A stretch of DNA of 64,000 nucleotides from Pelagomonas calceolata (lineage: Eukaryota). Location of the stretch: assembly GCA_918797485.1 (NCBI GenBank), contig CAKKNE010000001.1, forward strand, positions 1,550,001 through 1,614,000, in the 5' to 3' direction. The position numbers and the translations under genes were made by a program. The notes below the pieces were generated by a model. The model did no database searches. It saw only the letters and a list, made by a program, of their open reading frames with translations, and was not told where the DNA came from. Of the stretch, positions 1-15,000 are shown one piece after another (position 1 is the stretch's first letter; every line of letters begins with the position of its first letter).

Positions 1-2
1 CC

Positions 3-3000
3 TTATCAAGCCAAAGGTCCGAGGACGACGACGCGGCCCCGGCCTCGAGAACGAGAGCCCAGAAGGCCATCGAGGAGGAGGACCAGCCCCAGCCCCTCGA
101 CAAGAACGCCCAGCTCTGCGCCGGCGCAGCTTTAGAATTATGTGTTGAGCTGTGCCAGCAAGAGACGACTGGCGTCGTTTGTAGGGACCAGGCTTCGCAA
201 AGACGGGCTAACGTGGCGTTGGACGTCCTGGAGGAGCTCTGCGGCGGCTCCAGTTGTGCTTCGGTGGATTTAGCGGAGGACGCTTCCAGTAGTCGAATCC
301 CGCCCTTCGAGGACGTCCTGGCCACGACTTTGCACGCCGCCGCCGCGCGCTGCGCCGACAAATTAAGGCGCGTAGCTCCATCTCAGTCCAAAGAAGAACG
401 AAGACCGTCGCCCGTGATCATCCAACTAGCCGCAGCCAATCTCAGTCGCATAGAAGCTCCTCAGAAGTTACTAAGGTGCGCGGACACTGGTCTCAGAATA
501 GCGGGCGGCCACAAACCAGACGACGAAATGAAAGACCAGGACGAGGACGGGGATAGGAATGCGGCGATGGCCTGGGCCTCTAGACTAGCTCGAGTCGCGA
601 GACTCGTGGAGGACGAGCGCGCTGATGAGTTAGTGAGTCAGGCCCAACGCAATAATGTCGAGCAGGCTTGTTTTGATGTGGCCGCGCGCTTGGGTGCCGT
701 GGCCGCTCTGTCACCGGTGGAAGCGTCACAAGTACAAAGTGGAGGCTGGCGCGAGCCACGGAGGCGGCACGCCGCAAAGTTCACGAATGAGGAGGAATGC
801 AGCGAAGCTGTTAGGTGCTTCGCCGACGTCTCCATGATAGCGCAAACAGCAAAACCGGACAATCCGCAGCCGCATCTGGTCGACGCGATCGGCGCGGCGG
901 CCGTGTTCCGGGCCTGCGGGCCTCTCAGTTCAGCTATTGTGGAAGGCACCACTACGGGAGAAGAGCGATTACCTTGTGCGGTAGCCGCCTTCGCTCTGAC
1001 TGCTGTCGCCGAGGCTTCGCAACATAATTGTACAGGACCCTTAGCGCAAGATGCTCTGTCGACGATCGATGGTTGTTGTGCTTGCGCTCTGGCCGGTGCG
1101 GCCCGCTCCACAGATGACGATTTGGCGACCCTAGGCCTGAAAGCGTTAGCTTCACTGTTAGGACCTCCCTCAGAAAAACAGGAAACGAAAAAAAGAAGAC
1201 GCGCGGTTGAGGAGGACGGCCCGTCGGCGTTCCGAGATGTTTTAACAACTGATCATGCGTTGGCTGTGCTCTACGCTACGGCTTGGGATTCATCAACAGA
1301 CTTACCTAAGGATAGTACGATAGCGAGAAGACGCGCGCGGGGCGACCGGGCCTGGCTCGCGGCTCGAAGTGCCTCGCGAGCCGTCGCCGACTCACTAACA
1401 GGCGAATCTCTAGACCAGGCGCGGAACGCTTTTGTGGAACACATGTCCCAGGACGACGCCATTGATATGGGAATGCCTAGGAAAGCTTTCTCGGTAGTAT
1501 ATGATCTGGTACTAGATAGAGGAGAAGGCTGTTCCCAACACCTGACGAAGGTGGCGTCTTTATTATTCGGGGATGATGTTGAGGTGTGTCCTCTCGGGTA
1601 CGCCCCGCACGGGGCTCGTTTTTTAGTCGATGCTCTGTCGTCACCGCGACGGGATGCCTTCTCAACAGCAGTAGGAGAGAAGCTGTGGGAGCACATCACG
1701 AAGTTGAATGACGACGACGACCTCCAGACCGCGGCTCGGTTGCTCCACGTCGCGCGCGCGTCCCTCGAAGCCTCACCGACATCGTCGTCACTACTCGCGG
1801 ACCGACTGAGGTCGGAAGACGACGATGCGGATGAAAACCAACTCTATGCGGCATTGAGAGGCTTCACAACCACGGAGCCGCCGAAGCGCATGCGGCGGCG
1901 GCGGGCCCCCGCGGCGAAGAAGGTGACCCAGCAACCTGCGCCATTGGTCGAGGGCAAGCGCATCACCGAACTACGAGCAGCGGCCGTCGCCATCCTCAAG
2001 TCGGCACGGGAGGACGCGGCCCAATTTGCCGTCGACGCGGCGTGGCGGTTCCTCGCGTCACTGCCGGAATGTTCCGCGAAGGACGGCTTGGACGGCGCGC
2101 TCGCGGCGGCACGCTTAGCGAAGCTGCTCGACGCCTCGGAGTCGCGTTTACAGCCCGGTGATCAAGTTCTGACAGCAGCGCGGACGAAATTACGATCCTC
2201 ATTGAACGAGGCGCCGTCGTGGGCCTCGTCGGCCGCGGTGGAGGCCCTGGCCTTCGCCTTGCGAGCCGCCGTCGTCCCCAGTCGCGGGGGACGATATAGA
2301 CTGGAAGACGGCGACAGCGACGTCGACGACGGCTCCGACAGCGAGGGCGACGACGAGACGTCGGACGAAGCGGCTCGTCGCGCGAGGACGGCGGCCTTCG
2401 TCGAGGAGCTCGTCGAAGCTTTGAGTACGGTGGTAGATGCGCACGATGCCGAAGTCCTCAAATCACTAGAGGGTGAGGAGCCTTCCAAAAGACGGCGTAA
2501 GAAGGCCGACGACGACCCCGCTGGAGATGCTCGCTTAGCTCGCTGTCTGTTACGAGCGGCCGGCGGCGAGTCGACGGGTTCGACGCCCCATGCGCAAATC
2601 TTCGAGCCTCCGTTCTCCAAGCTCGCGAGGCTTGGTAGGGCTTTGTTCGGCGAGAACGGTTCGTCGGAGGACACGTCTACGGTCAAGCCGCTTGTAGATA
2701 GGTTAGCTCGCCGATCGGTGGATGTGAAGGCCCTAGGTTCCGAGTTGAAGGGGACGCGGCAAACTGCTGTGAGGAAGCGCTGTTCTACCTCTGTTAATAG
2801 TCGTGTAGTAGCCCACGCTCTCAGCCAAAAGCCGCAGACAGCTAGAGTTGTCTCCGCAGTAGCTGCCGCCGCGAGAGCGGTCGCCGTCTCCGCTCGCAGA
2901 CAGCACCTGAGGAGTGGCATGGCCCAGGACACGAGTTGCTGGATCAACGCCGCCGCGGCTCTGGGGGCCTTGAAGACGGATGCCGCTTATGCGTTTATGA

Positions 3001-6000
3001 GGGGGCTTTGTGCGAACGCGCAGCAGCAACTCGCGAGACGGCCGTCGGACGCGCGAGCCGTCGATTGCAAGAGACGGTTGGGTGCCACTTGCATTTTATT
3101 TGACAATCAAGCTAAAAATGAGGCAGTGTGGGCCTCGGCACGTAGTGCAGCACTAGATGATCTTGAGAGGTGGACCTCGTCGCCGCGAGCGGAGCACCGG
3201 CAACACGTCGTAAGTTACGTGGAGAACACGTCGGACGAAAGCGTCGGCGCCGAAAAGTTGTTAAGTTGGGCGCTGAAGGACGACTTATCATCGCAAGGGG
3301 GCCACCTCGCCATTGCCGCGCGGATTGTTGTGACGGCTTCCCAGTTCCCGGACGCGACGTCTGGCAGTGTCCGATTACCAACAGCGAAAGCTATAAGTGG
3401 AGCCCCACCGGGCGCCCTCCGAGCCTCGCTCGTCGCAGCGAAGCACGAAACGGCGTCGATCTGCGAGCTCTGCGCAAGTGCGGCGTGCGGCGACGCAAAG
3501 GGTGTGGATGGTAGGTACCCGGCGGCCACCGGTGCCGCATCATTTGTGGCAGGTAGGGGCGACGAGGATGCGGGCTGGGCCCCCCAAAAGACGGCCAAGA
3601 AAGGGAATGAAGTCTGGGCTTCTGCTTGTAGAACAGCAATTCTACGCGCGATCGTCGACGACGGTGAGGTCTGCGAGTTACTCGAGCTGCCGGCGCGCGC
3701 GTCGAGACCCTGCGAGTCGTTACTGGTTTTGTGTGCGGTCACGAACGGTGGTAGTGCAGCCGCTGATGTCGCGCAACGCTTGGTGCAGTCCGGTAAAACG
3801 CTTGGGAGTGCCAGAGCGTTGGAACTAGCTGCAGCTCTCTGTGCCGGCTTCCGGCGCGCCCTCGGGTTAAGGCAAGAAGAACAGACCCTACCTGTCCAAG
3901 AAGAGGAGGAGGAGCCGCAACGAGAGGTCCCGACGAAGTGCACGTTCGCGTCGACGAGTGGCGCGTTCGTGGAACAGCACTGGTACAACTGCGCGACGTG
4001 CGGTTTGGTCGGCGATAAGGGCGCGTGTGCGGCTTGTATTCGTACGTGCCACGCGGGGCATGACATCTCCTATGCTCGTAAAAGTTCTTTCTTCTGCGAC
4101 TGCGGGGCTCGAGGTTCGACGACGGCGGCCGACCGGGCCGCGCAACGAGAGCGAGAAAGCTTTTTGGGAGGTGAAATACCGGGCGGTCGAAGGGGCGCGT
4201 CTGCGGCAGCTTTGTTGGCCGCAGCTCCCCCTTGCCGGTGCCTAGACGCGTCGGAGCGACGCTTCCGCCCTCGAGCGCCGACGATCGAACGAAGGCCGCC
4301 CAAGCAGGACCGAGCTCGATTGTTGCGAAGGGTCGAGAACCTCGCGGCGACGACGAGGCAGGCGTCCCTACCGGCATCACTCGCCGAGGCGGCGTGTGCC
4401 GTCGCTACGGAGCTCGCCCGAGCGGCGGCGTCGTCCCTAGCCGAAAGGCCAATCAGGTCAAGAGCCTCGTCGATTGTGCAAAAACCTCGACGCGTCATCG
4501 AGGCGCAGCCGTCGCCTGGTCGAGGCCGGACGTCGAAAGGTAGCTCTGAGAGTGCCGCACCGACGCGATCGGCACCAAAAGTCCGACGAGCTTCGTGTAT
4601 TCATGGCCTTGAGGTCAAGGTTCCCGGCGAGCAGACGACGGGACCCGTGGCGCGCCAGACGAAGGCTTTACTACAACGACATAGATTGGCTCCTAGGTTA
4701 GTTTCGGCTGACAGACGAGGAAGGGTCGCCATCGGGTGTCGCAGAACCGTCACTATATATGTCCTAGAAAATGCTCTACGAGCGAGAAGGCCGCAACGCA
4801 CAGCCTGTGTGGCGTTAACACGTGCAAATACGCCCTTCGACCTCGTTGGTCTTGCCTTCAATCCATGCTGCGACCGACACGTCGCGTGCTGGGGGTTGCG
4901 GGACTGCTGCGTCGTCGCGCTGGACGGCGGCGACCAAAAAAAGAACGACGAACCGATCAATGTCAAAGTAGAGTTAGCCTTAGACGCTCTAGCTTCGGAC
5001 GCCGCGCATGTGGTCAAGTGTCTGTGGGTCCCTGCGTCCAAGTGCGGACTAGCTGTTTGCACCACTCTAGGCGTGCATATTTATGATCTTTCGAGAGATA
5101 CGGCGACACCCACACATGCCTACGTGCTAGCCTATGATCAGCATCATCTGAGAGATGCGTGTTTGGCGCCGCCGCGACCGGAATGGGGCGGAGCGAGAGC
5201 GCTCTATGCCGTCCTGGACACGGGACGGGTCTTCGCGGCGGACGTGGAGCCGGACGATAATGAATTATTTGGTAGGAAGTCTACAGTACAAACGGCGAAG
5301 GAAGTTTACCTAGATCTCCACGACGCGCTGTCGTTGCCGCCTCGACTGTTTGCGGGGGCCGGCGCGGCCCATGGGTTGCTCTATTCGTCGAGGGCCCATG
5401 CTCTGGTCATAGCTCGAGATGGGTGCGCCGCTTGTGTGATACCGCTCGGGGACGGCGTGCGCGATGTGAGGGGTGGAGGTCACATTTTACCGTGTACCGT
5501 GCCGCCGCCACCACGAAGACCCCAAGTCTCCAGACCACCCACCGGTAGTGCCGCAGCCGATGAGTTGCTGTTGGCCGCGTTAAACGCCTCACAAACGCAG
5601 CAGAAGACGGCGCAACAGCCGTTCGACGCGTGGCTCGAGTGGCCGGGCGGCGAATGCGACGACGATGCGGATGCGGTTGATGTTGTGTGTGTTGCTAGAG
5701 GTGTTAGTACGACACCTAGGACGTCGGGTAGAGGTACGGAGCGAGTCGTCTATGTCGCTTGTTCTGGGTTGTCCGAGGAGTCTACGAGGATGTCCGTCGC
5801 GCGGGAATGCGACTGCACGGAGCCCGGGCCGGCGCCGCCCGCTTCCACCGCGGCTCAGCGACTCGCCGCGGCCACGGGTGGTAGTACGACACCGCAGCAT
5901 CGCCGCGTGCTGGGCGTGTGTGCTTACATGCCACCTAGAGCAACCAAGTTGTCAGGCAGGCAGCTCATGATCTTGTTTGATGACGGCACGTTACAGTTAT

Positions 6001-9000
6001 TCGACCGACCGGACTGCGAGCCCGCCGACGTCTCCATGGAGGAGGACGACGACGACGAGGACGAGGACGAAGAATTAGTGAGAAGGGGCCCGGCTTGTGT
6101 CCAGTTCGAATCTCTCTGTGTGGTCCCTCAGCCCCGCGTTGTTTTCGCGGGTGACTTGGCGTCGTCGAAACCATCGACAGACTTACGAAGACGCTTACGA
6201 GCGTCGACGGACGAGTATTTAGTCGGTAAGGCAGACGGCGGCTCGTTACTCGTATCCGTCGATCCCTCGTACCTCCAAGAGCGGGGTTCACTACGAGCGG
6301 TAAGGTTGTTGGTCGGTTCCGCCGCGTCGAACCACGCTCCGGAAGAACTAGTGGTCTGTGGGAAAGTCGTACCAGTAAGAACGAACCAACGGGCCTGGCG
6401 CGACGTGTTTTTGGATGCGGCCGACCGACGAGCTTGTAGGAGGTTGGGAGGTGTACCCGTGTCGATGTTGGGCGCTCGACGGGCAGGAAACCCGCCCATC
6501 CTAGATGCGGTCGAAGTTTACGTTGCTGACGAGGCTCTACGTAAAAGGCCAAAGAAGAAGAAGGTACAAACGGTGATCGACGTCTGTCGCGGTCTACCAC
6601 TGAAACGGTGTCTGGCCGCGGCGTCGCGCATCGCGGCTTTGGTGTCCTATCCCTCGTCTTCCCTGGAGCGGTTTCCACCTCTCGAGGCACCGTTCGACGA
6701 CACATATGCAACCGTAGACATGTCAGATGATCCGACAGAGTTATGTAAAGCGGCTTTATTGGTCGTCGAACGGACCTGCCTCACGACAAAATCGGATCGC
6801 AGCTGGTGCCGCGCCGCCTCGACGCTCGTACGCGTGTCGGCTCAGTTCGACGCGACGCGGTCCTCGGCTTACATCGACCAGGCTCGACTAGATAGGTTAG
6901 TGAAGGCCACGGACGGGAGTCAAGACGACTCGCGGGCCGATGCCGTCGCTAGATTAGCACTGGCCTTGCATGAGCGGGAGCCGTCGTCCTTCCGGAAACG
7001 GCTCTGTCCTTCGGACGAGGACTACGGCTTCCCGAAGATCGCTGCTGTTGCGAGAAGAGGTACGGAAGTGCAAGCTACGACGTCCCGAACTATTGTGTCA
7101 TTAGCTTGTTCCGAGTTGTGGTCTCGCGGAAGTAACTCGGCAACTCCAACAGAAACAGCAAGGGAGGGCTACCTCAAACTCGTGTCGACGCTGGAGAACG
7201 GCGACACGGCCGACAGCAGCATGGAGGCTCTAGCGGATGAAATCTCGAAAGCTCTGATTGCTGATCCGTCATCTGCGGCATCAGCACTGCGAGATGAAAA
7301 TATCAGTAGCGAATCGAAGACGGAGGACACGATCCAAGAGTCCAAAGATGATGATCAACAAACGAAGGCCTCGTTCTTCGCCTCTTGTGTTTTACCGTTA
7401 GTCTTAGATAGACTCAAGCAGCATGTCGTCGTAGCGAGCCTCGCGGAAGGGACCATGGACTCCGTCGGAAGCCCGGGCAACGTCGCGCGGGGCCTGGGAT
7501 GTGTTCTGTCAATAGCGTCGAAGTGCTACGCCGACCCTCAATTAGCTTCTGCCGTGTCCTACGTCCTATGTGACTGGGCGAGTGATACGCTCAGATATGC
7601 TTTGTGCCATGATGTGCTCAAGTGCCACGCTGAGAGACGAGGGCGGCACTCCCGATCGTTGCAGCGGGACGGCGTCGAGTGGTGCTGCGATGAGGAGGAG
7701 TCGTGGTTTTCTCGCGATGAAACTAGGGAGGACGTCGTTGTCTTGCTCTTGAGGACGGTAGAGCGACTATGCCGAGGCATCCCCTCCGTCCAACGCCAAC
7801 AGGGCCAACCGCTCACAAGGCGAGACACGATGGAGAGCCAGGACGGCGACGACGAGGACCGAGTGGTGGAAACGGTCACACCCGTCGATGCTTGTACTCG
7901 TAGATGCGCGGACGACGTTGAGTTATCTTGTGCACCTCTCAGCTTACACCGCGGCTCGTCGGAGACGGCGTGTCGCGCCGCGTCTCGTTCTGCACGACAA
8001 GCTGTTGCAAAACAACTAGACAGCCAGGAGAACGGCGTCTCGCTCCGAGACGCGCTCGTCGCCAAATCGAGACGAGCCCTAGCGACGCTACGAGCAGAAT
8101 CCGAGGCGTCCTCCTCGCCGCAGCAGCCCGACGACGAGGAGAACAAGCCGCCCCTGCTGAACGACCACTCGGACGCCGAATCTGTTGACAGTGACGACGA
8201 TGCTTCGGAGGAGCGGCCCGTCGTGCCGTGCGGGTTGCTGGACGACGACGTAGCTGAAGAGGTGGTGGAAGATGATCAGACAGTACAAAGTGTGGATCCT
8301 TGTCCCTGGTGGGTGCCGCTCGTTGCGGCTCCAGAAATTGACCGCCCGCGGTCCGCGAAATTAAGGAGGAATCATCGAGCGGAGCTAGCTTCTGCCTTCT
8401 TAGCGGCTTCCTTACGGTGCTGCGCGTCTTGTGGAGGGGCCTTAACTTCCTCAGAAAGACGCTTCCCGCCGGCCTTTTTTGCCGCTCTCTGCGACGCCGT
8501 CGGCGACCGCAATTTACCGAAGGGCGCGCGGCGGGCGGCGCGGCGAGCTTTACGGAGGTTGTGTGGTGGGAGTCCTAGAGAGTACCGGGCTTGTAGGGAC
8601 TCTCATTTATTTGCGCGTCATTTCACGCGACTACGAACCGCTTTGTCAACGATCAGACGAGAGGGCGAGCTCGAATACGTGTCTGCGGCGCGGTTGGAGC
8701 ACTCTCTGACGCGATTACTACGAGTAGTTCGTTCACGAGCCCACCACTGGCGCACATTTTGTGCAAGACCGGCCATCGGTTCTACACAAGACGACGACGA
8801 CGTGGTCATGATCGATCAAGAAGACAAGGAAGACGACGCGTCGCTGGCCGACGCCTCGGACGGCGACGAGGTTTCATTTGAGAGGGGCCACTGCGGCTCT
8901 ACTACCCTCCTAGAGTTGTGCGAAGTGCTACCCGCCTCGACGGCGAGGAACGCGGTGCTAGAACTCCTTGAAAGGTGCTGTAGACCCGTGGACAACTTGC

Positions 9001-12000
9001 GAGACGACGATTTGAGACTAGAAGATCAACGCGCGTCGGCCGAAAACGCATCTGATCAACGGACGCAGTCGCGGCCGCGGCGGAGGTTCGCGCGGTTTCT
9101 CGGGCTGGGTGCGCCGGCACAATCAGTCGGATCCGCTTCTCGAGCGGCCCAGGGTCTCGTGATTGACCTTGGTGAAGAAGCGTCGGAGAAGCTACTCGCG
9201 TTTGCTTCCACAATAGCTGTGGATGGCGATAGTCGAGGGTGTAGAGCGCTAGGTGCCCAGACCTTGAGACACGTCTGGCGCGCTTTGGATCGACCGGCGA
9301 AGACCACGGTGTTAGCAGCATTGGCATCGCGGGCGCCGCGAGAATTGAGAAGGTCCGGTGGCGGCGAACTACTCGCGGCTCTCCGAGGCGCCCTCGTCGA
9401 AGCCATCGACGACCGCGACATCCTGCCCGAAGCTACACTGGATGAGTTATGCTCTACATTACAAGCAGGCTTGAGAGAGACACGATCACAATCAGATGAT
9501 GATGTCCGCGCCGTCTACCAGGCGACGGACGGTCTTTGCAGAAATGCCCCGAGGTGTTTTGATGACGCCGAGGACGACGAGGAAGACACGGAACTGCTGA
9601 AGGCGGCTTCCGAGGCCGACGCTACGGTCCGGAACGAGGCGGGACCGGTTGTGGATGATTTCGAAGGGTCGACGACGGACGACGCCGATAGGGTACGATA
9701 TCTGTCGGAGGGCGACGTCTTCACGGCGAAGGACGTCAAGGACTGCGTCACGGTGCGCGATAGGTCGCAATCTTTGTTGTCTGATCCGGAGGACCCCGAC
9801 AGTGATAGTGAGAAGAAGAAAGTTCCGGGAAAGGCGAGGCCGCGGGAGAAGAGGAAGCCCCTCCAGTCGCTGGAGGATTTACGGAAAGCAGCGAGGTACA
9901 CGGAGAACACGGCTCTATCTCAGCTGAGGACCGTTCGTAGAATTACTCATTTGGAGTTGCGCATTCGCGAGCCTCGCGGGAGGTATGTGCGACGGTTGAA
10001 GTTGCATTATGCGGCGCGGGAAGTTGACTCCTTATCTGATTTGTCTTGGCCTACTCATAGAAGGAAATGGGCGCTTGCTGCTACGGTAAGGTTAGAAAGG
10101 GGCCAAACCAGCGCGAGGATACCTCTACCCGCACCACTAGTAGCTGCCAACTTACTCATCGAGTACGACGACTTCTACCCTCAAAGGACCACGGGCCCGC
10201 CCCAGCAAAGACGTACAGGATCAAAAACGCAGCCTTGCTTACATTGCCCTCGATGCGGTCGGGCCGTGACCGACGCGCACGGCGTCTGCCAGCACTGCGG
10301 CGAAGTGGCCTTCCAATGCCGGCAGTGCCGCCACATCAACTACGAACGGTTGGACGCGTTTTTATGTGTGGAGTGTGGGTATTGTGCTTTTGGCGACTTT
10401 TCGTATCGACTGCGAAGCGACCCGGCGCCGGACGCCTTGTCTATTCGTTCTGAAGAAGATTTACAGAGAGCAGTAGCTCGCTTGCGAGACCGCGCGGACG
10501 CCTGTGCGGACGCGAGGAGAGAGTTGCGACGCCTCCTGCCCGAATGTGCGAGGCGAGCACGAGCGTTAGCTCTGTCGCGCGACGACGAGCACGCGGTGTT
10601 TTCGGCGTGGCCTCGTTCCTCGAAAACAGCTTTAGATGACACGTGGTGCGCCGTGGACGTGGCGTCCTTCGCGCTGATGGCGCATGCTGATGCCAGAGTC
10701 CTTGGGACACCGAGAGCCGCTGCTCAGTTGGCGGCGGACCTAGGATCATTGTTGAGTGCAGTGGCGCCGTCTTCACAAAATGTAGCTAGATTATTCGGCG
10801 TCGACGAGGAGGAGGAGCCCGTGGCCGTCATGCCGCCCCTGGATCTCGGGCCGGCCCGGGCTTCCTCCTCTCTCGCGTCCATCCTGGCGTCGGCGCGGGA
10901 CAGCGGCCCCGAGGACGCGCGTCGGTTGGCGGCCGCGTTGGAGGGCGTGCCTCGGCGCCGCATGCGACGACGACGGCTCGGGCCGCCGCCGACCCTTGGT
11001 GGAAGTTCGTACGCCGCGGCTCTCTCGGCCGCGCGACGAGCTGTTAGGGCACCGCCTACCGCTTTACTACGAAGGCCAGCACGTAGAGCACTAGCCCAAG
11101 CGGCAGCGGGACTCCTAGGAAGGTATCCGAGAGCGGCGCCGCCGCGGGCCAACGCCGCGGCTCTCTTCTTCCGCGGCGAAACGGCGGCCCGGTCCATAAG
11201 ACTGAGACGAGATCCCGTGCCGGGAGAAGCCCATGAGGAGGACGACGACGACCCCATGATCGAGGAGGACGAGGACGAGGAGGAGATGCTGCAACGAGCT
11301 TTAGCTGCGAGCGCCCCGCCGCCGCCCGAACCCCACGGTGATGATAGCGACCCGCCCGGCTCGTCGGATGACGACGAGGACGATGATCTCGATGCGGCGC
11401 TCGACGATGATGATCCGTTAGCGTTCGAGCTGCGTGAGGACGTGGACTTTGGTAGAGAGCGTTTTGACGAAGATGAATCTAGGGAAGAAGAGCCTGTTCC
11501 GGAGGAGCAGGAGGACGAGGAGAAGCCGCCCGTGCCCGACGCGAAGGTCCTCAAGGCTCAAAAACGCCAGAAGAGGGAGGAGGTCGCTTCTCAAAGCTTG
11601 GATAGGGTCTACGCCGCCGCGGCCGCCGCGGATCAAATTGTAAGAGGCGGTACGCAGCGGAAGAAGCGTGATAGAACTGGTGTGCCCAAATCGCCTCCCA
11701 AGCCCTCTTCCGATTCTCTACGTGAATTAGTGAAGTCTGTACATGCGGAAGATTTGAGGAAAAGATCTGCTTCAGATAGCGAAGAGGAAGAGGACAGTAC
11801 GGTGAAGCTCGGCCACGCGGCCCGGTCTCTGCTGGATCTGTACGAGGGCGAATGTCTGCCGTTAGCGGCGGAACTCAAATCGGCCTCGAAACAAGCTGCG
11901 CAGACCGTGGCGCGAGTTCGGGCGTACCGACGGCGCACGCATACGCACGAAGACGTATCGTCCGAGGACGAGGATGATGAGGCGTCGCTCAAGACGGCGG

Positions 12001-15000
12001 CGACGGCCGGGCGGTTGGCAGCCTTAGCTGGGGCTTTAGCGTCGTCGGAAAGAGGTAGAAAAGCTCTAGATCGGAAGCGCGTCGCGCAGGAATTACTAGC
12101 CGTGGCGTCGAGTGACCACCGGGAGGCGTCGCGAGCGGCGGCCCAGGCGTTACGGTCCCTAGCGTCCCATTCCGAGCACGCGCGATCTTATTTATTCGAG
12201 GCCCTGCGTTCCGCGGCGGACGACGCGTTAACGGACCCGTGTCAGTTAGGTGGACGCTCTCGGGACGCGGCGCCGCTCGGAAGGGCCTTGAATTCACTAA
12301 GGGACCACGTCGCGGCGCCGGGCACGGTGCTGTCCGCGGCTTGTCTAGCCTTTTGTTTAGACGTCGTTCCAAAAGCAGCTCTGTCGGATGATCCGCAGAT
12401 CGCCGCTTCGATCTTGCGACCGTGCCTCGGCGTGCTCTGCAAGGTGGCCTCGTCCCCAGATAATGAGAACGTGATAGCGTGGCTCCAGAAGGAATCGGGC
12501 CGCCTCCCGCGCGAGTCGGGTCCGTGGCGCTCTCTATCAAGGTTCTCGCGGCCGACTGATCTGAGGAGCGCCTTCGACCGGTGGAAGGGGCCCCCAGCGA
12601 AGCACTGGTGGCTCCGAGCTTTCACTGGAAGTAACGAAGCGTGCCGGCGGCAGGCGTCACTGCTATTGCTCGCGGCCTGCGGCAATGAGATGGAGACGCC
12701 CGGACAAACAGCATGCGTCGAGTTCGCTCTGGAAGGCTTCGCGACAGCCTGCGCTTCCAACAATGGAGACGTGAGCCAGCTGGTCGTCGTCGCGAAGGAG
12801 CTCATCACGAGCGTGAAGCGGCGCGCGTACATCCAGAAGCGAGGTTTTGGGCGGTGCTGTGCGAGACTCGCTCGACGGGAGGCTTCTCTCCTACTCGCGA
12901 GGGATGCCCGTCTTCTGAGAGATTCCAGAGGTGGCGCCGACGGCGCCGCTGCCAGAGCGGTTGGTAGAGAGTCGCCGGCGTTGGAAGCGCTGTGCGTCCT
13001 CGCGTCCGAGCTAGCTGAACACAATGATGAAGACGACGCCGAGGGCGCTGCTGGTAGGGCCTCAAGAGACGCACTAGACGTGCCTCTCGAGGCCTGCCTC
13101 GCTCTTCGAGCGTTGGCGTTGCTGGGCTGTCGCGCGACGGACCAGGCCGCCGATAGTTTAGCGTCGGCGGCTCGCGTGCCGTTGGATTGCGACTGTAGAG
13201 GTACAATAGACAAGCGCCGGGGCGATCGATTGGCCTTTCTCGCGGCTTCCTGTCGCGTGCTGCGGAGGAGGAGAGATCGTCGATTAGGTATTTTAACAGA
13301 AGATCCGCCCCCGCCGCTCGACGCGAAGGCCATTGATAATCTACTAAAGGACATGGCGTCGGCGGCGACGCCGAAACGGCAAAGACAGAGGGTCCAACTG
13401 CAGTTGAGACGGGCCCCAACCCAAGAAGAGTTCTTTCGGGGCAATCTGCCTCGATCGACCGTAGATTTGGATGACGTGCCCACGGAAAACTCCGGTGAGG
13501 ACGCCGAGCCGTTGATGCGAGACGTGCGGCGAAAAATAGCGCGAGATCTCGACATGGTCGACGCGGCGGAAATGCTCGAGTTGCTCGTGTGCGACAAAAT
13601 TATTTCACTCGATCTCAGTGTCAGGCAGGTCTATGCGAATGTGTGGCAGCCAGGATCGAAGGACGCTCGTAATAGAGCTCGTAGGAGACGCATGGGCGCT
13701 CTAGCTGCCGCTCTAGGTGATGCTGGGGCGTCATTGATGGCCCCCGGGGAGGAAGAAGACGAAGATCACGACATGGAAGAGGAGGACGAGGTCTATTCGG
13801 AGGTCGGTGACGAGGACGAGGACGAGGAGGATGAAGATGAGGATGAACCTAAAAGGAGGCGTAGAGTTACGCCGCCGATGGTCGTCACTTACCGGCTCAC
13901 TGGTGTGGATGGCGAGGCCACGGAGGAGAGATATGAACAGGTAGAGGCGCAGGACGACGGGCGCCGGAGGCAGGACCAGTCGCAAGCTGCCGTCGTCATC
14001 GCGTCTTCGGGCGGGCTGGAGGAATTGGTGCGGTGTTGTTCTTCTAGAGATGCCCCGGAACTCGCTGGCCGGGCGTTGCAGTTACTAGCGTTGTGTGCCG
14101 ACAGTGGGTATGCCTCGGACCTCGCGAAAAGGGGCGCTTCTGGGGCATTGCTCGCTAGGTTAGTTGCGGAGCTCCGAAACAAAAAGACCTCGCAGAACAC
14201 GCTGGTGCCTCGCATCTTGAGTCTACTCGAAACGCTGGCGCCCGCCGCCGCGGCGGAGGACTCGCAGTCGGAGACCGAAGAGGACTCCAATGAAGCCGGT
14301 CATTTGGAGACACTAGTCGAAGGTCTGAAAGACGCATCCGTCGCTTCTGCTCTCGCGCGCACACCCGCTCTGAGGAAAGCTGTTTGTAGGTTGTTACCAG
14401 CACTAGCCTACGGTCGTAAAGACGCCGCAGACGCGTTGGCGTCGACGGTGGTCCAGTTATTTGACAGTGGTGTTGATAAGTGGGCGCAAGAATCGACCAA
14501 TGATCCCGACTCGGTGGCTGCTGCTTGTTTGCGAGAGGTTGTGGAAGGCTTGGGGAGTGGCGTTGGTGCGAGAGCGCTCGGCGACGCCCTGGAACGGGCG
14601 GGCTTCGCGAAGAAGTGCTCGCAAGCGCTCGTGAAGCGGCTCCCTACGACGTCACCGAAATTCGCCTGGGCCTCCACGGGAACCGAGTCTACGGAGTGGA
14701 CCGAGTGCGCCGTGAAGGACGAGCGCATTATTGTAGCTCTCCTGAAGGCCCTGAAAGGCTGCTGCGCTTCATCAGAGAGGTGCGCGAAGACGGCAATAAA
14801 AGACAAAGCCGTCGAAAGTGCGCATGCCCTGGAATTATTGCTCGCTCCGTCATTGGTATGTTTGGCGGCCGAGGAGCTCGTCGACGCGTGCGTCGCGTGG
14901 CCCAGCGGCTCGAAGGCTCGAAGCATGCGGGAGGCTTCTAGAAATGCTCGTCTCGACCACGCGTCGAAGAAGCGCGACCGCATCCTGAAGAGATACGGGT

